Shown: positions 40,443 through 55,112 of the stretch, one piece after another
Numbering within the stretch: the first letter of the stretch is position 1
Layout: every line of letters begins with the position of its first letter
NCBI GenBank assembly: GCA_964057225.1
Contig: OZ059894.1
Location: forward strand, 14,818,001-14,882,000
Reading direction: 5' to 3'
Length of the DNA stretch: 64,000 nucleotides
Source: Auanema rhodensis
Lineage: Eukaryota > Animalia > Nematoda
Notes under the pieces: model-generated
Told to the model about the DNA's origin: nothing
Databases searched by the model: none
Seen by the model: only the letters and a program-made list of their open reading frames with translations
Made by a program: the position numbers and the translations under genes

Positions 40443-41253
40443 ATGTCCGCAGAGTTATTTGAGAAGTTTAGGGAAGATATTGAAAGAGGTGTGATGCGAA
40501 TTATGCGTTAAATTATATTTTTAATTTCCACAGATGATGGAATTCGTACCAAATCTAAAGCCAAAAAACAGATAAGTAGAAATGTTGATATAGCTCAGCG
40601 AATTCTTAATGCAGCCAATAGAGGGCAGGTTTGTTCACTTGCTTTTATTTTGTTTTGTAACTTTTGTAACTTAGTGGTGAGTTTTATTTGTAATATCGTG
40701 TTCTAGGTGGAGCTTGCCGAAGATGAGCAGTTTTTAGTAGAAAAGAAATCAAAAAAAAAAAGAGCTCAGAATACAGGCGTGAACTTAAATTTGAAACATG
40801 CTCATCAGGTTGGTATCGATCTAGATTATTTATGTACAATTGTTACTATCAGGGATTTTCTTTAATTGATCAAGTGCGTGCCGAAAAACCTAAGGACTTG
40901 TTGAACCGTAACATTAAATATATGAAATATACAGAGAAGCGTAAACTAGATGAGAAAAAGGTTTGTAGTATTAATTTAAATTCAGTACTTATTGACTGTT
41001 ATAGGTTGTAAATATGATGAAAACTCATTACTTTTCTTTGAAAAAGAAGCAAATAGTGAGAAGAGATCGAGAAAAGCTTACATGTTTGTTGTATTTCCTC
41101 AAATATTCTTAAATGACCATTAATTTAGGCTTACGTGAACCTAAGAAAACTAGTAACAAAAAGAGTGTTTTCTCTCAAAAAGACTTTAAAAATATTGGAG
41201 CTTATGAAAAAGTTACAAAATTTAAACAAGATGAAAATGGAACATTCCTGTAG
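40443..41253 (+). CDS. Small basic protein, AROS/RPS19BP1-like (probable ribosome biogenesis factor), downstream gene of a likely operon
   Basis: Six exons in frame from MSAELFEKFREDIER. The protein is Lys-rich with DLLNRNIKYM and C-terminal KKSVFSQKDF (cf. AROS-family SVFTEEDF). It starts 139 bp after the rps-30 stop. Confidence 0.6.
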
Positions 41254-41754
41254 ATGTTTGTTTTGTTGTTAATAATTGTTATATTGTTATGTGATTTAGT
41301 TGTTATAAGTTGTTTTAACTTTCTTTGACGGAGTACACATTTCAGTGAACTATTTTAAACTGCTTTAACAAGTCTTAATGAGGAAATACTATATTTATTA
41401 CAATTTATGACAATAACAAAAAGATAACATTTATTATAAAAGTTCAAGTTTAAGCTCGAAGAAAGTTTATTGTTCCGAGAATATGAAAGAAGTGTCCTAT
41501 TTTCACTAAAGTTTTGTAATCCAAAGAGTTGGTACATGTTTATACTGTTGAGAATTTTTTAAAGGGCTGTTATTCGAGCAGAGCATATTTCAATAAAATA
41601 TACATTCATTTTCATTTCCTGTCTTTGATATAAACGGTAATTTTCCTTTTAGTATAAGTATAAAATGCAGCGTTTTTTGAAACCCCTACTATAATTTTCC
41701 TTTTTACATAAACAAATAAATTAATAATTGTAGAAAAACATGACATTATCATAT

Positions 41755-44700
41755 TTAACAGATATTATGACAGTGGTTTGCTTTCAATAATAAAATAGAC
41801 GCGTAGGTTTCTTCTGGACGTTGGTTTTTTCTCTCCTTGGGGCTGTTGTCTGAATGTTGCAAAATGAATACAGGAGAAACATTTAAAATAGTACCATTGT
41901 AGGATTTCGGTTTTTCATCTAATCCGAAATACCAAGAATATAAGTGAGTTCCACGTAAGAATGGCCGAGTTACCTCACAGAATTCTTCGCTTTCAGTGGG
42001 CATTAAAGTCTGAAATTAATATTTATTTGAATATGTAGTGTACACACCTGGCTGAAACAATCCCCAGCTCCATCTAATGAACATAAGTGAACGTTTAATA
42101 TCGTATCTCTTCCAGATATGTTGTATCTAAGAAGCTTGTTGTAGGAGTAAAAACATTTTGAATATAAAACCTGTATCCGAGACATAATGAATAATCATAC
42201 CATATAGGCTCTGATTTGAAATAAGTTAGATTATTGCCTTGCAAAATTATGTGTTTATGCATCGGTGTTTTAACTTTTGGCTTTACCCCAGAATCTTAAT
42301 AATGATATATTTTGTTTTTGCAAAGTATAGCGGAACTTACATCCTGTTTGCTGCTTTTTCTTTGACGATTTTTGTCTTGGAAAACGAATATTATCAGAAT
42401 AATTATAGTGGGAATTCCAATTATTAACGTGTTGCGGTAATCGTTGATCCTCTCTTTTGGACTTTCCATGACGTGCTTCGCATTTTGATTTGCATTCATG
42501 TAATGTCATGAAATTGTTTGCAGATTTTCCACATCCTGTGTAGTGAAATCCTCGACATGCTTTTGATCGCTTGTTGAAATAATATCTATAAAATGAGAAT
42601 TGAAACTTTAGAATATAATAATAAAGTAAATGATGAGCAGAGTTGCATATCATGAAATTTGAAAATAAGTTATTTAAGTTGCATCAAGACACCATTCATG
42701 CATATTTAAGAATTCTAATTTTGGCATGTCTTTGAGAAATACATTTGGCATACATACTAAATAAACGAAGACTTATATATGCTCATTGTTTCAATAAGCT
42801 CTCCAAATTTTGGATTTTCTCTTATAAGGCTTAGGAAGATATTGTTTTCATTTCAGTGTTTTGATCAAACATTTAAGCTACTTAAACTTTACCTGTTCGA
42901 CATGGCTTCACACCAGTTACCACGATCAAGTGATTCCAGACAAGGATCTGAAAATGAATTGTCAGCCAAAACATATTTCAACTTTTTAACCGTTGGATGT
43001 GCTTTTCTATAAATATGATGGTTTATACTTACCTAAACCTGATATTTCACATGTTTTCTGACATTTTTCAAAACTTTCAAATTTGTTAGTGTTACCCCCG
43101 CATCCTGAATGTTTATCATTTAATTATAAAATGTATTTGAATTTCTAAACCTCCATAAAGAAATTGATCACACGTTCCTCTAGTTTCATTAAAAAACCAC
43201 ATATATTCCAATTGATTACATTTTCCCCAATCAGGAGGATGGGAACATATGGCTGGATCGTTACTTGGCTTAATTCCTCGACAAATTTCACTGCATTCCC
43301 ATTCAGTGGCAAATCTGAGGATAAAAGTTGAATTGAATCAAAAAGAAAGTTAACCTATTTTCATTTCCACCACAACCACTATATGTGAATGAAACACATT
43401 TCTTGTTATGGTATGACCATCGTTGAACAGGACGCTTCGTACTACTAGAGCATTTTCCGGAAGATGATCCTGGTTGAGAACAAACTGAAACTTTTTGATA
43501 AACAAAGATCTATTTTCATATATTAATATATGTGCGATATGTGCTACATACCATGACTGTTGGCTCTTGGCTTTCTTTCCAATTTTCTTCGTTCAACTTG
43601 ACAAGTACGTTGACAAACTTCATAAGAATGGAAATTATTGGCATTACCACCACAACCCAAATACCAGAATTGAGAACATTTTCCTAGAAAAAGATGAGAA
43701 ATTGGGAGAAATGTTGATAATTTGTGATTAGGAAATACCATATTCACGATCATAGTAGAATCGATAGCTAGCTTGAGCTAAACAATGATCATCGTTCTTT
43801 CCATAACCAATATGAAGTGGTTGATGACAATCCATCTCAGGTTCTAAAGAGCAAAAGTGGTTTTTTCTAAAAAAATTTGAGAAAATAGTTGAGAAACCTG
43901 TCATATCATTGAATTCGTAACATAATCCTTCACATTGACTTAAGGTCATGAAACGATTTCCATTGCCATCACATCCAGAATAAGCGAAAGGACGACAAAC
44001 TTTGGATGTTTTATCATAATAGAAAGCTGGATATCTGTGAAAAAATAAAATAAAATTGAGGAATAAAGGATTGAAGATCCAACGTTTCTCGACAATTTCC
44101 AATTTCTATTGGTTCTAGACATCGGTACTTGGTTTCTGGATCCGGCAGACGTGATTCAACCGCATAACCTGGATGAACACAATGCCTCTTACAGGATTCT
44201 TCAGAAGGGAATATGTTTTCAGAGTTAGAAACACATCCATCCCACCAGAATGAATTACATTCTCCAGTTTTGGGCTGAAATTTTGAATTACAAGATGGAA
44301 TATCCTCGTAAGACATACCTCGAAATGCCATTTCTCTTGCCATTCTCCATTTCCACATGATTCCTGATACTTTGGATCAAATCTGGCAGCACAATGATCT
44401 GAAAATCAAAATTTAAGTTTCATTTCAATTCGAAACTAAGTCAAGTACTTGGTGTTCTTTCTTCGATATGTCGTTCACAAATCCATTGGCATGTTTCCAA
44501 AGATGGGAAAATATTTTCATTTTCTCCTTTGCAATTACCGTACCTTAAAGGTTTTTCAAATAAAAATTTAAAAAAATTGAGAAGTTTTTCACCAGAACAT
44601 CTGACATCTGTGAGTTGAATGATCAAAGTAATAGAATTGTTGGAACCGGCCCGTTGCACTACAGGAATCCTTGTATGAGTCATCAAATGGTTGGATACAA

Positions 44701-47700
44701 GCTTCTGAAAAGACTTGTCTGATGTTCAACTTAACCACCCTCTGAGCTTACGAGTGAGTTCTCTTGGTGGACGTTCGCAGACTTCTTCGCATTCTCCAGA
44801 ATCTGTGAAGAAATTCAAACTGGGAGATCGACATCCACCCCAATGGAATGCAACACAACGTTTTCTTAAAAGTAGAAGTAGAGGTTTGCAAAATAAAAAA
44901 AAATAAAAAAATACTTCTCATGATCGAAGTAAAATCTGGTGGAAAACTCGCCCAAACGACAATCCCCGAGGTATACTGTATCAAACTTTTCCAAACAACC
45001 TCCTAAAGATATGAAAACTTTGAAAAGAATTGTATTCCAGTATCATACTTCCTTTAACTTCTGGATGTTTTCCAGCACATTTCCATAAACAACTTTCAAT
45101 ATCATCAAAATTATTTCTTGAAGTACTGAAACATCCATCATTCCAATACATTTTGCATTGTCTTGTATCCGGGTCATAGTAAAATCTGAGATTTTTAGAA
45201 CTTTCTTGATTAATATCTTGATGTTACCGATTTTTCCATAAATGACCTCCAGAACAAGATTTTTCTAAATTTTTATCAAAACGTTCCAAACATTCAGCTG
45301 CAATTACATGAATAGTTTAAGTTACTACATATAGATACCGTAATCCTAAAGTACAGTATACCATGATATGATACAGTATACTGTACCTTAGTGATACGGA
45401 TAGGCACACGAAAGCAGAAAGAAGAAAGCTTTACCTGCATATTCGGATACAGTAATGACGATTGTAAGAAGCTAAAGCATATTTTCCATTCATTACCAAA
45501 TGGGTGAAAGGGGGAACGTCTCCAGAATTCATTTAAAGTGATCGTCATTCAAAGTAATCCAAATAATGAATAAAAATACAAATAAACAAAGAGATGTTGA
45601 GAAGTTTTATTCGAAAAACAGATTTCTGAGAAACAACTTGATTGAGCATTACATAAATTGCAAGACGTTCCCCTTTTCAGACAATATAATATCGAGAAAT
45701 TCTTTAAGAAATCTTCAGGATTATTTACAGAATTTGCAAAACATAATTTGAACGTTTCATAGAAAAGTGCAAAATGGCAGGTTTTGTTGTCAAAAACTTC
45801 AACCCATATTCATAAATCAAAGCAAACACAGCATGAAAATGCTCTCCCTTTTGAAAAAAAAATAAAAATTTGGAAAAATTAACAAAGGATCACTCTTTCT
45901 TCGGGGTAATTCCTAAAAATATCAACTCTGCGCTAGAAGATCTGCGAAGAAAGAGTGAAGGAGCTATGGAATCGACTGGAAAACAACCAAAAAGTTCAGA
46001 AAAAATAGAAAAACTAGAAAAAACAAAGCTTAGAGCAACAAAAAGCGGAATATTACGAAGAAAAACGTACAAGCTACTGTGACTGGATGGTCAACAGCCT
46101 TACTGTATGCCAAGTCTGCGCGATTCTCTTCAGCTCTTTGAATGGATGCCATCTGACGGCTCAGATCAGCTTGGAAAGCATGTTGAGCTACAAGGTTCTT
46201 ATGCTCTAGATCTTTGGCTGTCATCGTCGTTGTTGAGACCTGGTCAATACCAGTTGAAGGCTGTTCTTCTACTGCCACATCAGATTGTTCGTCTTTTGTT
46301 CCAACTACGTCTTCTGAAGCGGGTTGACGTGTACGTCGAATACCTTTCTGATAGTGTGTTTCAGTCATTCGAACTTGAAGACCTTTGATGTGAAACTTCT
46401 TCTGCTGAGCACGTGGCTGACGCAACGTACTGGACTCAGAAGAAGCAGAGGACTGTGATTGTGTGAGAGGAAGTGCATGATGTGGTGCAAAGGAAGAAGA
46501 ATCAGATACTTCACGTGAACTATCACGCCGTGTATGATGATGATGATGGTGATTATGTGAATGAGAGCTGTGATGGTGATGGTGATGATGTTGATGCCGA
46601 TGATGATTTAAAGAATTTGAATTGCGGGGAACGTCAGAGTAAGAAACAGAAAATGAACTACGAGAATCTGGCATTAAAACTATGCTCGTACCACTATTTT
46701 CAGAATTTGTCTTCATCTTGTGTCCACATTTCTCCATACATTCCTGAAAGTTACAGCGTTATAACGGCCAGTTATCAGTGAAATCTCTACCTGCTGATCT
46801 TTCCATAAGTTTCGGTTTGATGTTAAGCATCCACCCCACCAGAATCTAGGCAAAAATCGTTTTTACATGTTTTAGAGGGAAAGTTTTACTTTTTACATCC
46901 TTTCTTCTTACTGTCATAGTAAGAACGAACTTTCCAGTCATCATTTGAACAATCTTCATCCCATTTCTCATCATATCCATCATCACAGAAATCTTCTGAA
47001 GTCGATTTATTATAGAAATCAAAGAAGGTTATTGAACTTGATTCAAAGTTTGTCTTCAAATTTTCAGATGAAAACTGCTGATGTTCTTCGAGTTGTGGTG
47101 TTTCATTGACATGGTTGGATGTTGCCTGATCTGGTTCTGATTTTGGCTTCTCCAGAAGATCTGGTGATATATCATAATACTTGACTGGATGATCTGTTGG
47201 AAGAACATGAACTTGTTCATGCTCTTCATCCGAAAAGGTATGTTGAGATTCGGACGGAACTTCTGGATCAGTTATAGCCCTCTCATGGTCACTTTGAACA
47301 GATACTGTGGTGGTTACGACGGCTCCAGGAACATGTATTTGTTGTTCCCCAACAGGGTACTTATGAGCACAAGCAGTTTTACAAGACTAAAATAAAACTT
47401 TAAAGTTGCAGCCCAAGTTTTGAAACTAACATAGACAGTTGAAAAGAAATTTCGAGCATCAGAGTCACATCCGCCATACCAAAACGACTTACAAGCACCT
47501 TTATCTGTATTGAAGTACCATCGAATAACCTACAAGATTGAACTAAGTTATTAAGAAAATGAGAAAGCCTACCCAATTCTCATTCGAACAATCTTCTTCC
47601 AGACGTGGATGAAGTGGTTCTTCACATAGATCAGCTAACTTTCCAAGTTCATTCAAAGTTTTTACAACTTTTGTCTTTTCTTTTGTGATAAAGTCTGGTT

Positions 47701-48121
47701 CTGGTGTAGTCGGAAGATCTTTTGAAGTGGAGTAGATATCGTTGGAATCTCGACGGTGAGAATAGTGCGAACGATGCCGATGAGTTGTAGCTATATTGGA
47801 ATCTGTTGTAGTAGCTTCTTCGAATACTGAAGGAGGCAAGGTAAAGAGAGGTCGACGAGGACTTGCAGAAGGCTTCAACACAAATGTTGGTTGCTCTTCA
47901 GAACTTGAAGATGGTGAACCGTTGGGTAATGACATTAACTTCTTTTTAAATTCCAACATATACTGCTCACGATTAAAGGTGGACAGAGGAGTTGATTTGG
48001 TTGCAAAAGTGCTAGGATCCATTCTGGGTCCAGGGGCAAGTCGAACATGAGTTGGAAGAGTAATTATCTTAACGAAGGGTGTAGTTTCAACAACTTTTTG
48101 TGAAGAAGGCGTTATCGCCTG

Positions 48122-48152
<31 letters not shown>

Positions 48153-50985
48153 GATGTTGATGTTGTTGTTGCTTCTGTTTCTGTTATTTCAGTCATTGTC
48201 GTTGCCGTCTGTGAGGTTGTTGGACTCTCTGGAGCTCTTGATGGTACAGAAGGAAGTTCAAATGTATCTGTAAAACAGAGAATGAAATGTTTGAGTTTTG
48301 AAAAGAAACTTACTCTTCATTTGAGATTCAACTTGTTCAATTCCAGCCGATGAGGAAAGGCTATTGACCTTCTTCCTCATTTTTCGAATTTTCTTTGGTT
48401 GTTCCTCTTCATCAATTGGGATATCTTCCAAAGGATGACGATACACTGGTGGAGCCGTAACCTCTTCGTATTCAACATCTTCCTCAACTTCTTGTTTGAT
48501 TTCGGTGTCAGTTCCTTTGTTAATTGCAAGATTTCTTTGTAAATTCATTGTAAGTTCTCTTTGTTCTTCAGATTCTGACACAATAGGTGTTGAAACTTCG
48601 GTTGGTGATTGTGTAGTTTGAGGTGCTACCTCAAATGTCTTCAATAATTTGTATTTTTCATGAAGATCTGCAAGAGGATGTCGTTCCTCAATCTGGGCAG
48701 ATTCTAGAATTCGTTGGCCTTCTTCTTCGATTGAAGGATGGAAAGAAGGCAATTCCAAGGTTTTCTTTGGAGGTGAACGATCTTTCATGGGCTCGGATGA
48801 ATCAACATCTTCGTGGCATGTCTTCTGACATACCTCTAACGATTCGAAAAAGTTTTTACCAGCAGTATCACGAGCATCACATGATGTATCATACCAAAAT
48901 GGTTCACATTCCTAAATTTGGACAAGTATCAGCTATTCGTATAGGAATAAGAAGAGTCTTACTCTCTTCTCATAATTCCAATAAAATTTCTCATCCCATT
49001 CAGCAGACACACATTCAAGACGAAGGACTTCATCAAAATCACGAAGACAAGTATCTTTAATTATAATGTTTATGAAATTCTATGTATATACTCTTTATCT
49101 TACTATCATTTGGGTTAACTTCTTGCATTATTTTTACTATTTTATCAGCTTCTGTCTTTTGTTGTTGTGTTGAAAGTGTTGTTGTTTGAATATCCTCACT
49201 TATTTCCAAATTTAATTTCATTGGATATGGAGTTATAACTTCGTTCTAGGGTATCTTCGATTGTAACTTAGGGGATGATATGAATCTAACACCTGTGCAA
49301 CTATATTTCCAAATGATAAAACCTTCAAAGCTTCACGTGGAACACTGGCACATAGATCGTCACAAGTCTGCAAATGAGTGGATTTAGGACTGAGAGAGAA
49401 AAAGAAATGTTTACTTGAATATCAGAAAAGATGTTCCTTGAAGTAGATTTGCATCCTCCGTAGAAAAACTGCTTACATCGCATGGATTCATGATCGAAAT
49501 AGTATCTGAATATGATATTCTTTTCACAAAAGTTTTAGAAGAATTCCGAAACCTGATCAGTTGTTCTCCGTTATTGCAATCTTCTTCAGTCAGATTGATG
49601 TCAAAAACGTCGGTGCAAGCATCTGAAGTATGTTACTGAAGTTGTTTCAGGGTTCTGACGACGCATACCTTTGGTAATCTGGCATTCGCCATTATCAGTG
49701 AACCCAGAATCACAATCACATCGATGTGATCCAATGGTATTGACACATCTTGAGTTTTGGGGACAGATGTTCTCGGAATCGCATTCATTAATATCTTTAA
49801 AGGAAATGCTATAAACTGGCAGAAGCACATGATGTAGTAGTTAATGGCTACTTTTATGTTTTCTGATTTTCAACCTAATTTATTAATTATTCTGATTTTC
49901 TTAATTCTTCTTTAAAAATCTAGTACTATTTGAAAACGAAGTTGAGAATATGGAAACAGATAAAGGAAGTTATGATAGAATAGGAAGAACCTGAACATGA
50001 CCATGCATTTCAGATGATATCAACGTCTTTCGAAATGCATGACCACGATCTGTCATGAAGCATCAAAGTGAATTTCATCCTAGTTTACATCTTTCATTTG
50101 TTTCCTTTTTCATTAAGAAAAGCATTTTCATGTTTCAAAATGAAAAATATTCTTTGTGAAGTCTTCAGAAGCTAATTACTTTTTAAATTCCAAAAGCTTA
50201 CCTATACATATACGTCCAAGTTTCTTAAAACCGGGTATACATCCGCAGTCTCCTGCTTCCGCGCAGATTCCATAGATGGGGTCACAATGAGGGCATTCAC
50301 GTATTGAAGGTGTGATCTGAAAGAACAACACCATAACAACAAGTGTTTTCATGTTGACTGACCTTAGTCTTACTAATCATCTGAATAGGTCTTGTAGAAG
50401 CTGGAGGAGCCCGGATAGTTGAGGTGGTTGTCGGTTTCATCGTTGTCGCCTTTGTTGTCGCTGCTGTTGTGGAAGTGAGGGGAGCCGTGGTTACAGTTCG
50501 TCGGTGCTTAGACTCCTGGACCTTTACATCTAATATTTTGCTACAACTAAAGCTCTTTCTTACCTTTGCCAAGTTTAAAGCCATTTCGGCTTTGTCTTTT
50601 TTCTGAACGCATCTGCTTCTACAATGTGTTCTTCGCATAAATCTATTCGAATTACCTCCACATCCACTGAAATTAAACATCTTATAAGGAAAAAAAGAAA
50701 AAAAACTTACGAAAAAATGAATCGTTTACATTCATCAGATTTGGGATCATAATAATAGCGAATAAGTTCTTTAGTACATCCTCCGACATCAGGCGGAAGC
50801 TGGAAAAACTATCGTAACCCAATCAAAAAATGTGAACTCACGTGGCATAGATCAACCGAAGCTTTTAAAGAAACATCGCTGAGTATAGAAGATGGAACTG
50901 ATCTAGTATTAGGTGAATACCAAGCAAGATCATTGATAGAATCTACTATCAACGGTAGAGATATGAGGGTTAAAACCCGAATCAT
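41755..50985 (-). CDS. mec-1: Full-length secreted EGF + multi-Kunitz extracellular matrix protein, MEC-1-like
   Basis: Signal peptide ([16 protein letters not shown]), one Kunitz, EGF, calcium-binding EGF (DINEC...[12 protein letters not shown]), then 13 more Kunitz domains by my count with Thr-, Glu- and His-rich linkers and a unique C-terminus. This order matches the architecture I recall for C. elegans MEC-1. An intronic CATCTGAAATGCAT touch-neuron motif supports the call. Orthology was not tested. Confidence 0.75.
50003..50016 (-). promoter_or_regulatory. Candidate UNC-86/MEC-3 binding site (CATnnnAAATGCAT), left copy
   Basis: CATCTGAAATGCAT in gene orientation, in the enlarged intron between the two EGF exons, with a second inverted AAATGCAT about 20 bp away. 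Confidence 0.55.
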
Positions 50986-52248
50986 CTGAAATATTACGGT
51001 GCAATGAAAACATAATTTAGGAACAATCGTGAGAAAAAAATAATAAAAATAATAAGAATTATTTGAGTTAATTTAAAGTACGATAATCTTAAAAAAATCT
51101 GTCGGTAATTCATTTTCTGAGAAAAACAGACGTCAGACAGCTAAAGGGTCACATAGGGGCACGCACAGGTCATCTCTCCCTGATTCATCTTTGTGAGGTC
51201 GTAAACTTCTCGAAATAAGCTTAGATCGAAAAGACTGAATTCTCAGAATAGCTACTGACTGAGCGTTCTGAAGAACTGTGCTTTTGCGAGGCAGAATCTC
51301 ATCACATATGCATACAGCCTGTCCTTTTCCTACTTAAAGATAATGCCTCATACTCTAACCCTCCCATTGCCTCTCTTCATCATCATAGCATTCAATTCAT
51401 CCAAAACCCTATTGCTATCTCTTCAGGGCAGCTGACGACTGTCCTCTACTTTCCAGTTGTTATTTTATTCTTTTTATAATTATTCATCTTACAACCCTTT
51501 CTGTCAAGTATCTTTATGGTGTTGATGAACGTCATCATGTACTCCAGCTCAATGATTTTTTAAGTACTTTTTATGACATAAGTAAGTACAGAATAAGTAA
51601 AAATAATAGAAAAAAGATTAATTTTTGAGAAAAATTAAATATTTCTAATTGTTTCCAGTCTCACAATTTCGATCAACTAATCAATTTTAATCAACAATAT
51701 AAATACAAAATCTTCTCTTCGGATCAAAAATTAACTTCATTTGAAAGGATATAAGATGAAAAGACAAGAGAAAACAACTGGAAAGTAGAGGACAGTCGTC
51801 AGCTGCCCTGAAGAGATAGCAATAGGGTTTTGGATGAATTGAATGCTATGATGATGAAGAGAGGCAATGGGAGGGTTAGAGTATGAGGCATTATCTTTAA
51901 GTAGGAAAAGGACAGGCTGTATGCATATGTGATGAGATTCTGCCTCGCAAAAGCACAGTTCTTCAGAACGCTCAGTCAGTAGCTATTCTGAGAATTCAGT
52001 CTTTTCGATCTAAGCTTATTTCGAGAAGTTTACGACCTCACAAAGATGAATCAGGGAGAGATGACCTGTGCGTGCCCCTATGTGACCCTTTAGCTGTCTG
52101 ACGTCTGTTTTTCTCAGAAAATGAATTACCGACAGATTTTTTTAAGATTATCGTACTTTAAATTAACTCAAATAATTCTTATTATTTTTATTATTTTTTT
52201 CTCACGATTGTTCCTAAATTATGTTTTCATTGCACCGTAATATTTCAG

Positions 52249-55081
52249 ATGATTCGGGTTTTAACCCTCATATCTCTACCGTTGATAGTAGATTCTATCA
52301 ATGATCTTGCTTGGTATTCACCTAATACTAGATCAGTTCCATCTTCTATACTCAGCGATGTTTCTTTAAAAGCTTCGGTTGATCTATGCCACGTGAGTTC
52401 ACATTTTTTGATTGGGTTACGATAGTTTTTCCAGCTTCCGCCTGATGTCGGAGGATGTACTAAAGAACTTATTCGCTATTATTATGATCCCAAATCTGAT
52501 GAATGTAAACGATTCATTTTTTCGTAAGTTTTTTTTCTTTTTTTCCTTATAAGATGTTTAATTTCAGTGGATGTGGAGGTAATTCGAATAGATTTATGCG
52601 AAGAACACATTGTAGAAGCAGATGCGTTCAGAAAAAAGACAAAGCCGAAATGGCTTTAAACTTGGCAAAGGTAAGAAAGAGCTTTAGTTGTAGCAAAATA
52701 TTAGATGTAAAGGTCCAGGAGTCTAAGCACCGACGAACTGTAACCACGGCTCCCCTCACTTCCACAACAGCAGCGACAACAAAGGCGACAACGATGAAAC
52801 CGACAACCACCTCAACTATCCGGGCTCCTCCAGCTTCTACAAGACCTATTCAGATGATTAGTAAGACTAAGGTCAGTCAACATGAAAACACTTGTTGTTA
52901 TGGTGTTGTTCTTTCAGATCACACCTTCAATACGTGAATGCCCTCATTGTGACCCCATCTATGGAATCTGCGCGGAAGCAGGAGACTGCGGATGTATACC
53001 CGGTTTTAAGAAACTTGGACGTATATGTATAGGTAAGCTTTTGGAATTTAAAAAGTAATTAGCTTCTGAAGACTTCACAAAGAATATTTTTCATTTTGAA
53101 ACATGAAAATGCTTTTCTTAATGAAAAAGGAAACAAATGAAAGATGTAAACTAGGATGAAATTCACTTTGATGCTTCATGACAGATCGTGGTCATGCATT
53201 TCGAAAGACGTTGATATCATCTGAAATGCATGGTCATGTTCAGGTTCTTCCTATTCTATCATAACTTCCTTTATCTGTTTCCATATTCTCAACTTCGTTT
53301 TCAAATAGTACTAGATTTTTAAAGAAGAATTAAGAAAATCAGAATAATTAATAAATTAGGTTGAAAATCAGAAAACATAAAAGTAGCCATTAACTACTAC
53401 ATCATGTGCTTCTGCCAGTTTATAGCATTTCCTTTAAAGATATTAATGAATGCGATTCCGAGAACATCTGTCCCCAAAACTCAAGATGTGTCAATACCAT
53501 TGGATCACATCGATGTGATTGTGATTCTGGGTTCACTGATAATGGCGAATGCCAGATTACCAAAGGTATGCGTCGTCAGAACCCTGAAACAACTTCAGTA
53601 ACATACTTCAGATGCTTGCACCGACGTTTTTGACATCAATCTGACTGAAGAAGATTGCAATAACGGAGAACAACTGATCAGGTTTCGGAATTCTTCTAAA
53701 ACTTTTGTGAAAAGAATATCATATTCAGATACTATTTCGATCATGAATCCATGCGATGTAAGCAGTTTTTCTACGGAGGATGCAAATCTACTTCAAGGAA
53801 CATCTTTTCTGATATTCAAGTAAACATTTCTTTTTCTCTCTCAGTCCTAAATCCACTCATTTGCAGACTTGTGACGATCTATGTGCCAGTGTTCCACGTG
53901 AAGCTTTGAAGGTTTTATCATTTGGAAATATAGTTGCACAGGTGTTAGATTCATATCATCCCCTAAGTTACAATCGAAGATACCCTAGAACGAAGTTATA
54001 ACTCCATATCCAATGAAATTAAATTTGGAAATAAGTGAGGATATTCAAACAACAACACTTTCAACACAACAACAAAAGACAGAAGCTGATAAAATAGTAA
54101 AAATAATGAAAGAAGTTAACCCAAATGATAGTAAGATAAAGAGTATATACATAGAATTTCATAAACATTATAATTAAAGATACTTGTCTTCGTGATTTTG
54201 ATGAAGTCCTTCGTCTTGAATGTGTGTCTGCTGAATGGGATGAGAAATTTTATTGGAATTATGAGAAGAGAGTAAGACTCTTCTTATTCCTATACGAATA
54301 GCTGATACTTGTCCAAATTTAGGAATGTGAACCATTTTGGTATGATACATCATGTGATGCTCGTGATACTGCTGGTAAAAACTTTTTCGAATCGTTAGAG
54401 GTATGTCAGAAGACATGCCACGAAGATGTTGATTCATCCGAGCCCATGAAAGATCGTTCACCTCCAAAGAAAACCTTGGAATTGCCTTCTTTCCATCCTT
54501 CAATCGAAGAAGAAGGCCAACGAATTCTAGAATCTGCCCAGATTGAGGAACGACATCCTCTTGCAGATCTTCATGAAAAATACAAATTATTGAAGACATT
54601 TGAGGTAGCACCTCAAACTACACAATCACCAACCGAAGTTTCAACACCTATTGTGTCAGAATCTGAAGAACAAAGAGAACTTACAATGAATTTACAAAGA
54701 AATCTTGCAATTAACAAAGGAACTGACACCGAAATCAAACAAGAAGTTGAGGAAGATGTTGAATACGAAGAGGTTACGGCTCCACCAGTGTATCGTCATC
54801 CTTTGGAAGATATCCCAATTGATGAAGAGGAACAACCAAAGAAAATTCGAAAAATGAGGAAGAAGGTCAATAGCCTTTCCTCATCGGCTGGAATTGAACA
54901 AGTTGAATCTCAAATGAAGAGTAAGTTTCTTTTCAAAACTCAAACATTTCATTCTCTGTTTTACAGATACATTTGAACTTCCTTCTGTACCATCAAGAGC
55001 TCCAGAGAGTCCAACAACCTCACAGACGGCAACGACAATGACTGAAATAACAGAAACAGAAGCAACAACAACATCAACATC

Positions 55082-55112
<31 letters not shown>

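Noticed and set aside
46107-49060. Opposite-strand ORFs overlapping the mec-1-like exons (and their mirrors at 54174-57127)
   Set aside because: They are antisense frames of long low-complexity exons with no independent gene signals.
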